Assembly: GCA_964603635.1 (NCBI GenBank)
Contig: CAZRVH010000001.1
Span: forward strand, 51,386-115,385
DNA from: an uncultured Candidatus Peribacteria bacterium
GTDB taxonomy: Bacteria > Patescibacteriota > Gracilibacteria > Peribacterales > Peribacteraceae
DNA: 64,000 bases
Direction: 5' to 3'
A program made the position numbers and the translations under genes. Below, piece after piece: positions 8,692 through 17,386 of this stretch. Under the pieces are notes generated by a model that was not told the DNA's origin, did not search any database, and saw only the letters and a list, made by a program, of their open reading frames with translations. Numbering within the stretch: position 1 is the first letter of the stretch; every line of letters begins with the position of its first letter.

Positions 8692-10908
8692 ATGCCTCAT
8701 CTGACTGCCCAACATCGGACGAGCCTGGAAACCGGCCGGCGCTCCCGCATCCTGCGGGGGTGCCGTGCCGTCGTGTTGGCGACATTCGTCACAATGGCAA
8801 CCGTTCCGCATGCCTTCGCCGTGAACACGTGGAATCCCACGCTGCTCGTGAATACCCAGCCGTACCAAGTCATCGATGATTCCAGCGCGCAGGATCTCAC
8901 GTTGAAATTCGGAAGCTCGCTCAACAAGAATATCACGTACCAGCGCACGCTCGGACGTTTCAAATTCGATGCCGGCGTCTACGTGCAGGGATCCCTGGGG
9001 GTGACCGGAACGATGTCGGGCAACGCGCTCTACGTGCAACGCGCGTTTTCCGGGGCGGGATTGACCTCGTGCAGCAACGGGAGCAATGACAAGCTGCTCT
9101 GGAACAGCGCCACGCAGCAGTTTTCCTGCGGATCGGACCAGGGAGGAGGCGGGGGAGGTATTTCCCAGGCGGACGGGGACGCGCGTTTCGTCAACCAGTC
9201 GGGTGATACGATGACAGGTACTTTGCGCATTTCGAATACGGGGGGCCTGAACGCATCCGGAGCCGTGCTGACCAACGGCAACATCACGATCAATTCCGAC
9301 AACGGCGCCGCCGATGCTTCGCTGACATTCGGCAACGCGACGCTGTCGCAGACGTTGCAGTACTCCCATGCGAACCAACGCTTCGAATTCAGCAAGGACG
9401 TGAGAGTCACGGGCGGCATCACCGTCACGGGCGCGCTGTCCGGCAATACCCTCACCGTGTCGGGTACGTCCGGCACGCCCTTCAAAATCGACGACTCCGT
9501 CATTTTTGACGCAAGCAATACGCGCTTCGGTATCGGTACCGTCACGCCCGAAACAACCTTGGAAGTCGCGGGCACCATGAGCGGCCGCCTCATCCGTGCG
9601 CAAGACCAATTGGAGTCATCCGGTTCGCTTGTCCTTGGCGGTGCCATGAAGCTCAAACCTTCGGCCAATCAGACCATCAGCGCCGCGGGTAACTCCGTGC
9701 TGGCGAATGCGTCGCTAGTCAGGCTGGATCCCAGCGGCAACTACACGCTTACGTCCACGCCGACCATCGCGGACGGCGTCGTCGGGCAGGTTGTCATTAT
9801 CACCGCCGATAACGCGGAAACCAACAAGGTTATCCTGCAGGACGAGGACACGCTGGCCAACACAAACCTGGAACTCGGTTCCACCGCGCGCGAAATCACC
9901 GCCAAGAAAGCCCTGACGCTTATCTTCGATGGAACGGACTGGGTGGAACAGGCATATACGACTGAGAGCGTTGACGTGCAAACCTTCACGATTGCCGGTG
10001 CCAATACCTGGACCAAACCGACGGGTGCAAAGGCAGTCTATGTCATCTGTGTCGGAGGTGGCGGAGGTGGCGGGGGAGGTACCGGGGGCGCGGCGGGTAC
10101 GGCGCGTATCGGAGGTGGAGGCGGCGGGGGAGGAGCCAGGGCCGAACGCTGGCTCAGTGCATCCGATCTCGGCGCCACGGAAACGGCCACGGTCGGAGCG
10201 GGTGGAAACGCCGGAAACGGAGGAGTCAGCGGAGGTGCGGCCGCCACCAACGGAACGGCGGGCGGTAACTCCACGTTCGGTGCCTATCTGACCTGTTACG
10301 GTGGAGGCTATGGCAAGGGTGCCGTTGCCGCGACGGCCAGCGCCGGAGGAGGAGGCGGCGGCAGCTCGGGCGCCGGGTCGAACGGGGCATCCGCAACGAA
10401 CATCGGCGGATCGCCGGCCGTCACTGCCGGCGCGAACGGCATTGCAGGGCAGGGGGGAGGTGGCAACATCGGCGCCGCGAACGGCCAAGCGGAATACGGT
10501 GGAGGAGGCGGAAACGGATCCAGCGCCGTTCCGGCAGCCGCAGGCGCCGGGGGAGGTTCGTTGTACGGGGCGGGTGGAGGGGGAGGGGGAGGCGGACTGA
10601 CTACGGCGAATGCCACGGCAACCTCGGGAGCGGGCGGCAGGGTCGGATTGTATTCGTCCGGCGGGGGTGGAGCGGGAGGACTTAGTTCCGCGACGTGTAC
10701 GGCCGGTACTGCCGGTACGGCCGGTAACTCGACGAGGAACGGTTCCGGAGGCGGAGGCGGGGGATCCGACACGGATAGCACGGGCTGCGCCGGAGGTGCA
10801 GGCGGCGCCCTGGGCGGCGGAGGCGGAGGCGGCGGCGGAGGAACGACGACCGGCGGCGCGGGGGGCGCGGGCGGACGCGGCGAAATACGCGTGTATACCT
10901 TCTACTAA
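8692..10908 (+). CDS. secreted repeat protein with C-terminal glycine-rich domain (paralog family)
   Basis: 'NTWNPTLLVNTQ' motif. Module 'ASLTFGNATLSQTLQYSHANQRFEFSKDVRVTGG'. From about residue 440: 'FTIAGANTWTKPTGAKAVYVICVGGGGGGGGG', followed by ~290 aa of G/A/S/T/N-rich sequence ending 'GRGEIRVYTFY'. Confidence 0.8.
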   Translation: MPHLTAQHRTSLETGRRSRILRGCRAVVLATFVTMATVPHAFAVNTWNPTLLVNTQPYQVIDDSSAQDLTLKFGSSLNKNITYQRTLGRFKFDAGVYVQGSLGVTGTMSGNALYVQRAFSGAGLTSCSNGSNDKLLWNSATQQFSCGSDQGGGGGGISQADGDARFVNQSGDTMTGTLRISNTGGLNASGAVLTNGNITINSDNGAADASLTFGNATLSQTLQYSHANQRFEFSKDVRVTGGITVTGALSGNTLTVSGTSGTPFKIDDSVIFDASNTRFGIGTVTPETTLEVAGTMSGRLIRAQDQLESSGSLVLGGAMKLKPSANQTISAAGNSVLANASLVRLDPSGNYTLTSTPTIADGVVGQVVIITADNAETNKVILQDEDTLANTNLELGSTAREITAKKALTLIFDGTDWVEQAYTTESVDVQTFTIAGANTWTKPTGAKAVYVICVGGGGGGGGGTGGAAGTARIGGGGGGGGARAERWLSASDLGATETATVGAGGNAGNGGVSGGAAATNGTAGGNSTFGAYLTCYGGGYGKGAVAATASAGGGGGGSSGAGSNGASATNIGGSPAVTAGANGIAGQGGGGNIGAANGQAEYGGGGGNGSSAVPAAAGAGGGSLYGAGGGGGGGGLTTANATATSGAGGRVGLYSSGGGGAGGLSSATCTAGTAGTAGNSTRNGSGGGGGGSDTDSTGCAGGAGGALGGGGGGGGGGTTTGGAGGAGGRGEIRVYTFY

Positions 10909-10921
10909 AATAAAAAGCGGG

Positions 10922-11854
10922 TTATCTGATGGCGGTGTCCGTGACGTACCGGTAGACGAGGCCGGAGACTTGTCGCGTGAAATCCGTGATGAGGAATTCT
11001 TTTCCTTTCTCCGCTTCGCCGAGCACGCAGAGAATGTAGGGGCGTTTCGGCGGGTACGCGATGCCGCAATCCAGACGGACGCGCTTACCCGACGTCGGGG
11101 AATCGTACATGCCGATCTTGTGTGCGAATGGAACGTCTTTGGGTACGCCCGCGGGCAGTCCGTCATTAAAAATGGTTTGTGTCAGTTGGCGCAAAATGTC
11201 CTGGGATCCTTGGTAATCCAGGAGGCAGGAAAGGTACAGGCAGCGGAAGATGGACGAATAGTTCTTCGGGCTCACCGCGGGTTGGTCGCCCGACCAGTCG
11301 ATGGGGATGTCCAGGGAATCGTAGACTTCCCGGATGGGATCGTTCACCGCGAAATGATCCAATGCGAGCGCGGCCGTATTGTCGGATTCCTGCAGCGTGA
11401 GGCGGATGGCTTCTTCCACCGTGAGCGTGTGTCCTTCCCCTTGTTTCCACAGCGTGCCGAAATGCGGATCGAGGTCTTCCTTTTTCAGCGTGATCATGGT
11501 GTCTTTCTTCAGCGTCCCTTTTTCCATGAGTTTGTAGATGCCCATGATGAAGGGCACCTTGATGAGGCTGGCCGAAATGAAGTTTTCCTTTTCGTTGACG
11601 CCGATGGATACGCCGGACGGCAGATACTCGAAATAAACACCCGCGCGGAAATCATCCTGCGCATCCACGAACGAGCGAAGCTGCGTGCGCAAATCCGTGA
11701 AATTGATGATGGTGTCGTTGGGGTTCTGTACGAAAATGCGCGGAGACAGGAGCGGAAAGGCTGTCCCTGCGTCCGAAACGGAGTACGCGCGCACCGCCAA
11801 GAATATATTGAGGGCGATACTGGTTCCGATGATCGCATGGGAAATGCGCTTCAT
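10922..11854 (-). CDS. class A beta-lactamase-like serine hydrolase
   Basis: N-terminal TM/signal segment. SxxK ('SASLIKV'), SDN ('QESDNTAA') and a K(T/S)G-like element ('HKIG'). Confidence 0.7.
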   Translation of the reverse strand: MKRISHAIIGTSIALNIFLAVRAYSVSDAGTAFPLLSPRIFVQNPNDTIINFTDLRTQLRSFVDAQDDFRAGVYFEYLPSGVSIGVNEKENFISASLIKVPFIMGIYKLMEKGTLKKDTMITLKKEDLDPHFGTLWKQGEGHTLTVEEAIRLTLQESDNTAALALDHFAVNDPIREVYDSLDIPIDWSGDQPAVSPKNYSSIFRCLYLSCLLDYQGSQDILRQLTQTIFNDGLPAGVPKDVPFAHKIGMYDSPTSGKRVRLDCGIAYPPKRPYILCVLGEAEKGKEFLITDFTRQVSGLVYRYVTDTAIR

Positions 11855-11925
11855 TGGGGTTCATACTACAGTATGCTAATCCCTTGTGAAGGGAAATCGA
11901 GTCGCGTACGATTGGGGCCACACCT

Positions 11926-12942
11926 ATGCGCACATTCTTCTCCGGATTTTCTTTTCTACTCGCGTTGCTCGTCGGCATTCCCGCGTACGCGCAATCGTCG
12001 TTTTCCGACGTACCGGCATCCCATCCCGCGCATGATGCCATCGTCTATCTCCGTGACAAGGGATTGTTGAAGGGGTACGCGGACGGAACGTTCAAGCCCA
12101 ACCAGGAAGTGGACCGCGCCGCCGCGCTCAAGATGATCCTGGCAGGCCGCGTGTCCGAGGCGGACGTGGTCGGACTGCAAAACCCGGGATTCGACGATAT
12201 CCCCGCGGACGCGTGGTATGCGGGATACGTGTCCAAAGCGCTTGCGCTCGGCATCATTGACGGTCCTTCGAAGGCGTCTTCCTTCAAGGGCGGCCGCGCC
12301 GTTATTCGCGCGGAATTCCTGAAGTTGTTGCTTTTGGCGCAGCAAATGAATCCCAATGCCTACAGTGAAATCCGTTCGGCCCTGTCCAACGACGTCAGTG
12401 ACGCGAATGCGTGGTTCTATCCGTATTTCCGCCTCGGATTGTCCGCCGCCATCGTGGAGATCAATCCGGACGGAACGCTGTTGCCGGAAAAGAAGATGAC
12501 CCGAGGTGACGTAGCCCAGGCCGTGTATCTGCTTCTTATGTACAAGGAGAACCGCCGCGCGCAGAGCTTGCTTTCCACCACGGAAACCGAACTCGCCGGA
12601 AACGTCATCCCCAACCTGAACGCGCAGGGCCTTCAAGCCGCAAAAATGGCCCATACCCGGGCGCTCGTTGCCGTCCGCGGCGCGCTCACCAGCCGCCCCG
12701 ATGCGTCCGTCGTGAAGGGTGCCGTGAAAGTCACCGAAGGATTCGGCGCCTTGGTGAATGCGTACGAAGCGGGAGTGGACGGCCGCCCCGACGATGTCAT
12801 CACCCTGTGCGGAAACGCCTACGCGTTGGCGGTGAAAGCCAAGGAATTCAGTCCGGCCTTGGACGCCATCTCCTCCAGCATGCAGACCATCGCGCACGAC
12901 ATGGCGGAGGAAGCAAGGGCGCTGAAAGCGAAGGCTCAGTAA
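11926..12942 (+). CDS. SLH-domain surface protein
   Basis: Signal peptide 'FSFLLALLVGIPAYAQS'. SLH repeat 'FSDVPASHPAHDAIVYLRDKGLLKGYADGTFKPNQEVDRAAALKMIL', plus further SLH-like repeats. Confidence 0.8.
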   Translation: MRTFFSGFSFLLALLVGIPAYAQSSFSDVPASHPAHDAIVYLRDKGLLKGYADGTFKPNQEVDRAAALKMILAGRVSEADVVGLQNPGFDDIPADAWYAGYVSKALALGIIDGPSKASSFKGGRAVIRAEFLKLLLLAQQMNPNAYSEIRSALSNDVSDANAWFYPYFRLGLSAAIVEINPDGTLLPEKKMTRGDVAQAVYLLLMYKENRRAQSLLSTTETELAGNVIPNLNAQGLQAAKMAHTRALVAVRGALTSRPDASVVKGAVKVTEGFGALVNAYEAGVDGRPDDVITLCGNAYALAVKAKEFSPALDAISSSMQTIAHDMAEEARALKAKAQ

Positions 12943-12957
12943 CGTCACTTCGGATCA

Positions 12958-13371
12958 TTACGCCAGCATCTTTTTATTATGTCGGAATGATTTCTGAATG
13001 AGCGTTTCCAGGATCCCCAGGTCCACGTCGGAGAGTTTGTTGATGTACAGGCACGCCTTGCTGGTCGTGTAGGTTCCCAGTTTGCCGAATAGAGGGTCTT
13101 CACTCTTGTTCGTATCGCTTAGGAGATAGAGCGTGAAATTCTGTTTGCGCGGGGAGAAGGCCACCAACGGCCATTCATTTTCTTTGTTGCCGGACTTCAC
13201 GCGGTATCTGCCGAATCCCACGATGCTCGTTCCCCACATCACCGCTTTTTCTCCGGTGGCTCGTTCGAACATGTCCAGGAGTACGTTGGCATCTTGTTTC
13301 TTTTTCGGCTCGATCGTATCCAAAAACTCCTTCGCGCTCCGGGCCGTCGGTTTGGTTTTGACGTCCGCCAT
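12958..13371 (-). CDS. DUF1801 (YdhG-like) domain protein
   Basis: 137 aa. 'SAKEFLDTIEPKKKQDANVLLDMFERATGEKAVMWG.SIVGFG' is typical DUF1801. Paralog of 256-732. Confidence 0.7.
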   Translation of the reverse strand: MADVKTKPTARSAKEFLDTIEPKKKQDANVLLDMFERATGEKAVMWGTSIVGFGRYRVKSGNKENEWPLVAFSPRKQNFTLYLLSDTNKSEDPLFGKLGTYTTSKACLYINKLSDVDLGILETLIQKSFRHNKKMLA

Positions 13372-13376
13372 GGTGG

Positions 13377-14030
13377 TTATTTTTTCACCCGGAATTTGAG
13401 ATGGGTCACGAGCGGGGATTCGATCACGCGGATTTTCTCCAGCGTCGCATGGCCCAGGTTGTCCAGCAATCGCACGCCGCCGTGGAGCAACACGGGCGAC
13501 ATATGGATCTGTAATTCATCCAGCAGTCCGGCCTTGATGAATTGCTGGATGACGTCCGCCCCTCCGGAGATCTGGATATCTTTTTCGCCCGCCGCTTTTT
13601 TGGCTTCCCTCAGGGCTCTTTCAATGCCGTCCGTGACGAAATGGAACGAGGTTCCGCCTTTCTTTTCCACGGTCTCCCTCGCATGGTGCGTCAGGATGAA
13701 TACGGGGCAGTGGAACGGGGGAGTGTCGCCCCACCATCCGTCCGCCTTGGGATCGTGTTCCCACGGGCCGCTTCCGTTGCTGAACATCTTCCTGCCCAGG
13801 ATCACGGCGCCGGTGTTCGCCGTCGTTTCCTTTACGATGTCGTTGTCCGCCCCCGTCTCTCCGCCGGCCATGCCATGCGGTTCGCGCCAGGCGGCCAGTT
13901 TGAACACCCACTCATGCAGTTGCTCGCCGCCTTTCCCGAGCGGTTCTTGGATCGTCGCGTCCGGACCTGCGATATAGCCGTCCAAGGACATGGAGATGTC
14001 GGCGAAAACTTTTCCCATATCCCGCATCAT
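13377..14030 (-). CDS. dihydrofolate reductase-like (RibD C-terminal domain) family protein
   Basis: 'ADISMSLDGYIAGPD', 'GAVILGRKMF' and 'IQISGGADVIQQFIKAGLLDELQIHMSPVLLGG-like' match the RibD_C/DHFR-like family. Confidence 0.8.
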   Translation of the reverse strand: MMRDMGKVFADISMSLDGYIAGPDATIQEPLGKGGEQLHEWVFKLAAWREPHGMAGGETGADNDIVKETTANTGAVILGRKMFSNGSGPWEHDPKADGWWGDTPPFHCPVFILTHHARETVEKKGGTSFHFVTDGIERALREAKKAAGEKDIQISGGADVIQQFIKAGLLDELQIHMSPVLLHGGVRLLDNLGHATLEKIRVIESPLVTHLKFRVKK

Positions 14031-14082
14031 ACGTCACGCACGGAAAACGGGATAGGATTCCTAGGCGACAGTACCGCGCCGT

Positions 14083-14784
14083 TTAAAGATTCTTCATTCG
14101 GCGAAACGCCCACGCATGTCCCGTTGCCATGATGATGACCAACGCCGCCATGACGGGAAACGACCAGTGCGTGAGGACCGTCATCGGCTCGGGAATCCAG
14201 CGGAGACCCGATGCGATGAAGAGCGGTAATCCGATGACGAACGAGATGACGGAGAATGCCTGGAACGCGTAGAAAAACTTTTTCGCGTTCTTCGTGAGCA
14301 GTCGGTCCGCATAGCCTGCGTCATCGATGAAGAACGAAAGAACGATGAGCGTCGAGGCGGTCGTGGAAGCAAGGCAGAACGGGCAGACGCCACCCAGCTC
14401 CAGCACGCTTGCGAGGTAGAGGCGGTAGCTGAACGCGATTCCCAAAAGCAGCACGAACCCGACGAAAGCCCGGGCCTTCTTTGAAAACTCCGCGCCGAGC
14501 AAACGCGTGCCCCCGTACGCCACGATGCCGCTGTACCAGAGCATGCCGAACATGGGGTTCGGAACACCGGGAAGGTAGTGGCCCCACGGTCCCTGAACGG
14601 TGAGCGTGCAGCTCACGAGGGTGTTGACTGTGCAGGGCGTTGGCTCCCCGGGGTGCAGCAGCACCTCCAGGTATTCCAAGAGCAGGTAGAAGGAATCGGC
14701 CATGCCGACGATGCCTGCGATCACGATGATGCCCGCGGGCAGGAGGGTTGCCTTTCGCTTGCGTTTGAAGAGGAAATCGAACAT
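14083..14784 (-). CDS. vitamin K epoxide reductase (VKOR) family membrane protein
   Basis: Polytopic membrane ORF. Loop cysteine pair 'CTVNTLVSC' and membrane CxxC 'CPFC'. Confidence 0.75.
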   Translation of the reverse strand: MFDFLFKRKRKATLLPAGIIVIAGIVGMADSFYLLLEYLEVLLHPGEPTPCTVNTLVSCTLTVQGPWGHYLPGVPNPMFGMLWYSGIVAYGGTRLLGAEFSKKARAFVGFVLLLGIAFSYRLYLASVLELGGVCPFCLASTTASTLIVLSFFIDDAGYADRLLTKNAKKFFYAFQAFSVISFVIGLPLFIASGLRWIPEPMTVLTHWSFPVMAALVIIMATGHAWAFRRMKNL

Positions 14785-14855
14785 GTCCCGAATGTATCAC
14801 CCGCACTATCGGATGGGAAGCGTGGCGTGCTTCCCGTCGCGCACTCGTCCGGTGT

Positions 14856-15866
14856 TTGCAAGGGTTTGATTCATTGACAGCGCACATACCTGCGTTCATT
14901 GTGAGGCACATGAGAGAGGCTATCACAGGGTCGGCTTCCCCCTTGGAGACACCCGATGCGTCTCCTCTTTCCGACCCGCTCCAACAATCCTTTCGACGGT
15001 TTCGCAATGCGTACGCTGCGGTGATCGCAGGGGTGGCTTTGGCATGCGCGTCCGCAGCCCATGGAGAGGAGAAGCCCGATGCCGAGGGGGCGCACCCGCC
15101 TGCGACATCGAACGGGGCATTGATCATCGCGGGGGGAGGGGATTTGCCGCAGTCGATTTACAAACGCTTTGTCGATCTCGCCGGTGGCAAGAATGCGGAC
15201 ATCGTGATTATCAACTCCGCAAGCGAAGATGCCGATCATCCTGAAAAGGGGGAAGACGTCCGCGAGTTCTGGAGGGGGGATACCCACACGGGGTCATTCA
15301 CGATCGTCCACGCATCCACGCGCGAAGAAGCCAATGCCCCGGAAGTCGTGCGTCCCCTTAGGACCGCGACGGGCGTATGGTTCTCCGGCGGCGCGCAAAG
15401 GCGTCTGGAGGAACGGTATAAGGATTCGGAAGCGGAACGACAGGTCATCGGAATCGTACGGCGCGGAGGAGTCGTCGGCGGCACGTCGGCGGGGGCGGCG
15501 TTCATGAGTTCGGTGATGATTCGCAGGGGCAATCCCGTACCCGAAATCGGCACTGGAATGGATTTTTTTCGCAATACGATCATTGATCAGCACTATCTCA
15601 AACGTAATCGCTTCAAGCGTCTAGTCGAGGCGCTTAGTCAGCACCCGCACTGCGTGGGGATCGGTGTCGACGAACACACCGCGCTGGTCGTCAAAGGCCG
15701 GATCGCGAGGGTATTGGGGGAGTCCGCCGTGCACATTGTTTCTCCCCCCGTCGATGGCAAGCAGGGGGCGGTAGTGGAACTGCAACCCGAGCAAGAGATC
15801 GATCTGCGCAGTCACGGGATCGCCGTGCCTGTCTTCGAGTCCGCCACATCGGTGGCGCGGCAATAG
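14856..15866 (+). CDS. cyanophycinase-like peptidase (S51 family)
   Basis: 'LIIAGGGD', 'GVWFSGGAQRRL', nucleophile context 'GGTSAGAA' and 'IDQHYLKRNRFKRL..GIGVDEHTALVV'. The start is uncertain; an internal ATG at 14910 is possible. Confidence 0.7.
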   Translation: MQGFDSLTAHIPAFIVRHMREAITGSASPLETPDASPLSDPLQQSFRRFRNAYAAVIAGVALACASAAHGEEKPDAEGAHPPATSNGALIIAGGGDLPQSIYKRFVDLAGGKNADIVIINSASEDADHPEKGEDVREFWRGDTHTGSFTIVHASTREEANAPEVVRPLRTATGVWFSGGAQRRLEERYKDSEAERQVIGIVRRGGVVGGTSAGAAFMSSVMIRRGNPVPEIGTGMDFFRNTIIDQHYLKRNRFKRLVEALSQHPHCVGIGVDEHTALVVKGRIARVLGESAVHIVSPPVDGKQGAVVELQPEQEIDLRSHGIAVPVFESATSVARQ

Positions 15867-16052
15867 GGGTGGTCTGCCCGTGACCGTTTCGCAACGCATT
15901 CACTGCGAGCTGAAAACGCGTGCGAAGGCATCGTTGAAAGTGGCGAAAAATAAGGCCCGAAGTGGTTCAGGCTGCTTCAACCGATCTCTTGGCTTTCTTA
16001 AGGAAGGAATCGAGTGCGGCTGCAAGTGAGAGTTATCGGCGGGAGAGAGTCG

Positions 16053-16089
16053 AAAAAACAGGGCTATGCAAAAATGCCAGCCCTGTTTT
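16053..16089 (-). terminator. rho-independent terminator downstream of the DUF305 gene
   Basis: Perfect 7-bp stem CAGGGCT/AGCCCTG (16059-16065 / 16079-16085). It is flanked by an A-run and a T-run, so on the minus strand the hairpin is followed by TTTTTT. Confidence 0.7.
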
Positions 16090-16093
16090 AGAT

Positions 16094-16756
16094 TTACCGG
16101 CTGTAACCCCAGTCTTTCTGCCATTGTTTCATCATATCGATCTCGCTTTGCTGCGCAGAGATGATATCGCGCGCCATACGCTTGATCTCATCGTGCTTGG
16201 CGGACTGAAGGGCCGCCCGTGCCATGTCGATGGCGCCCTGATGATGGGGGATCATCCCTTCGATGAATGCCTTGTCGAACGCATCGCCGGTCTTTCCCTC
16301 CAGCATGGAAGACATGTCGTCCATCGACATTTCCGTCATGTCGTCGTCCATATTCATCATTGTCCCGTTATGCATCATCGTGCCGTCGGGCATCCTGTGT
16401 TGTCCGCCGTTCATCATTCCGCCTACAGACATACTCCCGCCCATGTCCATCATGCATTTTCCGTCTTTCATGCATCCCTCCATACCCATCATGCATACGC
16501 CGTCTTTCATGCAGCTGTTATTTTCCGTCCATGGTGCGCCGCGCACGCTGATGGTTAGGAGACAAGCAACCGTTCCAAGAATAGCCAGTGCGATACCCCA
16601 TGTTTTCAGTTGCCCGTGGTTGAGCGTCCGTGCCGCCCAAAGGACAAGTAGGACGATTCCTACAAGGAAGAGAATGACGGAGAGAACGTGTACTCCCCAG
16701 AGAGCCGTAAGGCCGAATGTCGAGCTGGTGTTGTTCATAGTCATTGAATGCATCAT
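16094..16756 (-). CDS. DUF305 family protein with Met-rich (Cu-binding-like) insert
   Basis: C-terminal 'MIPHHQGAIDMARAALQSAKHDEIKRMARDIISAQQSEIDMMKQW' is the DUF305 signature. It is preceded by the Met/Cys-rich tract 'CMKDGVCMMGMEGCMKDGKCMMDMGGSM..MMNGGQHRMPDGTMMHNGTMMNMDDDM'. N-terminal TM helices. Confidence 0.8.
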   Translation of the reverse strand: MMHSMTMNNTSSTFGLTALWGVHVLSVILFLVGIVLLVLWAARTLNHGQLKTWGIALAILGTVACLLTISVRGAPWTENNSCMKDGVCMMGMEGCMKDGKCMMDMGGSMSVGGMMNGGQHRMPDGTMMHNGTMMNMDDDMTEMSMDDMSSMLEGKTGDAFDKAFIEGMIPHHQGAIDMARAALQSAKHDEIKRMARDIISAQQSEIDMMKQWQKDWGYSR

Positions 16757-16801
16757 AAAAAGAAGTGTAAAAAGAAATAAGATTTTTGTCGTATTTCCGA
16801 T

Positions 16802-17173
16802 TTACAGTCTTAGCACCGTTGATGCGATGGCTATCAGGAAGGGCTGTGACAATACCGGCGATTGCGCGAGTTGTTCAGATTTTGCCGTGTCGAACGCTTC
16901 CGTGTGGAATAGCAACGCGATACTTCCTTTTTGCGGAGGCAAAACCATCGCAGAGGAAGGTGACACTTGTTTGGCCTGCGATATGCAATGGCCTGCGCAA
17001 GCGGAAGGCTGCTCATCATTCTCGCAATCCGGACAATCCGATTGCGCATGATGATGGTGTGCAGTTGCTGCGGCGGGAACTGATTCCATCGCTTGCATCA
17101 TGGATGCCATGCACAATGGCCCGAATAGCGCATTGATGATGAATCCTATGCCGATAAGCAGCGGCTTATTCAT
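16802..17173 (-). CDS. small exported His/Cys-rich protein (putative metal-binding)
   Basis: Signal-like N-terminus 'LLIGIGFIINALFGPLCMA', then 'AHHHHAQSDCPDCENDEQPSACAGHC'. Adjacent to and co-oriented with the DUF305 gene. Confidence 0.5.
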   Translation of the reverse strand: MNKPLLIGIGFIINALFGPLCMASMMQAMESVPAAATAHHHHAQSDCPDCENDEQPSACAGHCISQAKQVSPSSAMVLPPQKGSIALLFHTEAFDTAKSEQLAQSPVLSQPFLIAIASTVLRL

Positions 17174-17386
17174 GCTCGCTTAGTATAAGCTCATTCATAG
17201 TCACTTCCAAAATAATGAACATATAAATAGCTGCAAATGTGTCGTATTGCATGCAGTCCGAACCGTGTTTGTGGCTTTGGTTAAATTAAAAGTTAATGGC
17301 TCCGCAGACTGGTTGTTTTCAGAACTACGGACGATATTCCAACTCCTGAAGCCTGTGCTACTCACGCTATCCGTCGTTTAATGCAA

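Noticed and set aside
10030-10905. A repetitive GGN-rich DNA stretch, checked as a possible CRISPR or tandem-repeat array.
   Set aside because: There is no regular repeat-spacer periodicity. It is the in-frame glycine-rich tail of the ORF at 8692-10908.
5618-11166. Very long minus-strand ORFs (5618-7264, 7354-9609 and 9715-11166) antisense to the secreted-protein operon.
   Set aside because: Their translations are Arg/Gly/Pro/Asp-rich with no motifs. They fully overlap plus-strand genes that have signal peptides and conserved paralogous modules. This is typical GC-rich shadow-frame behaviour.
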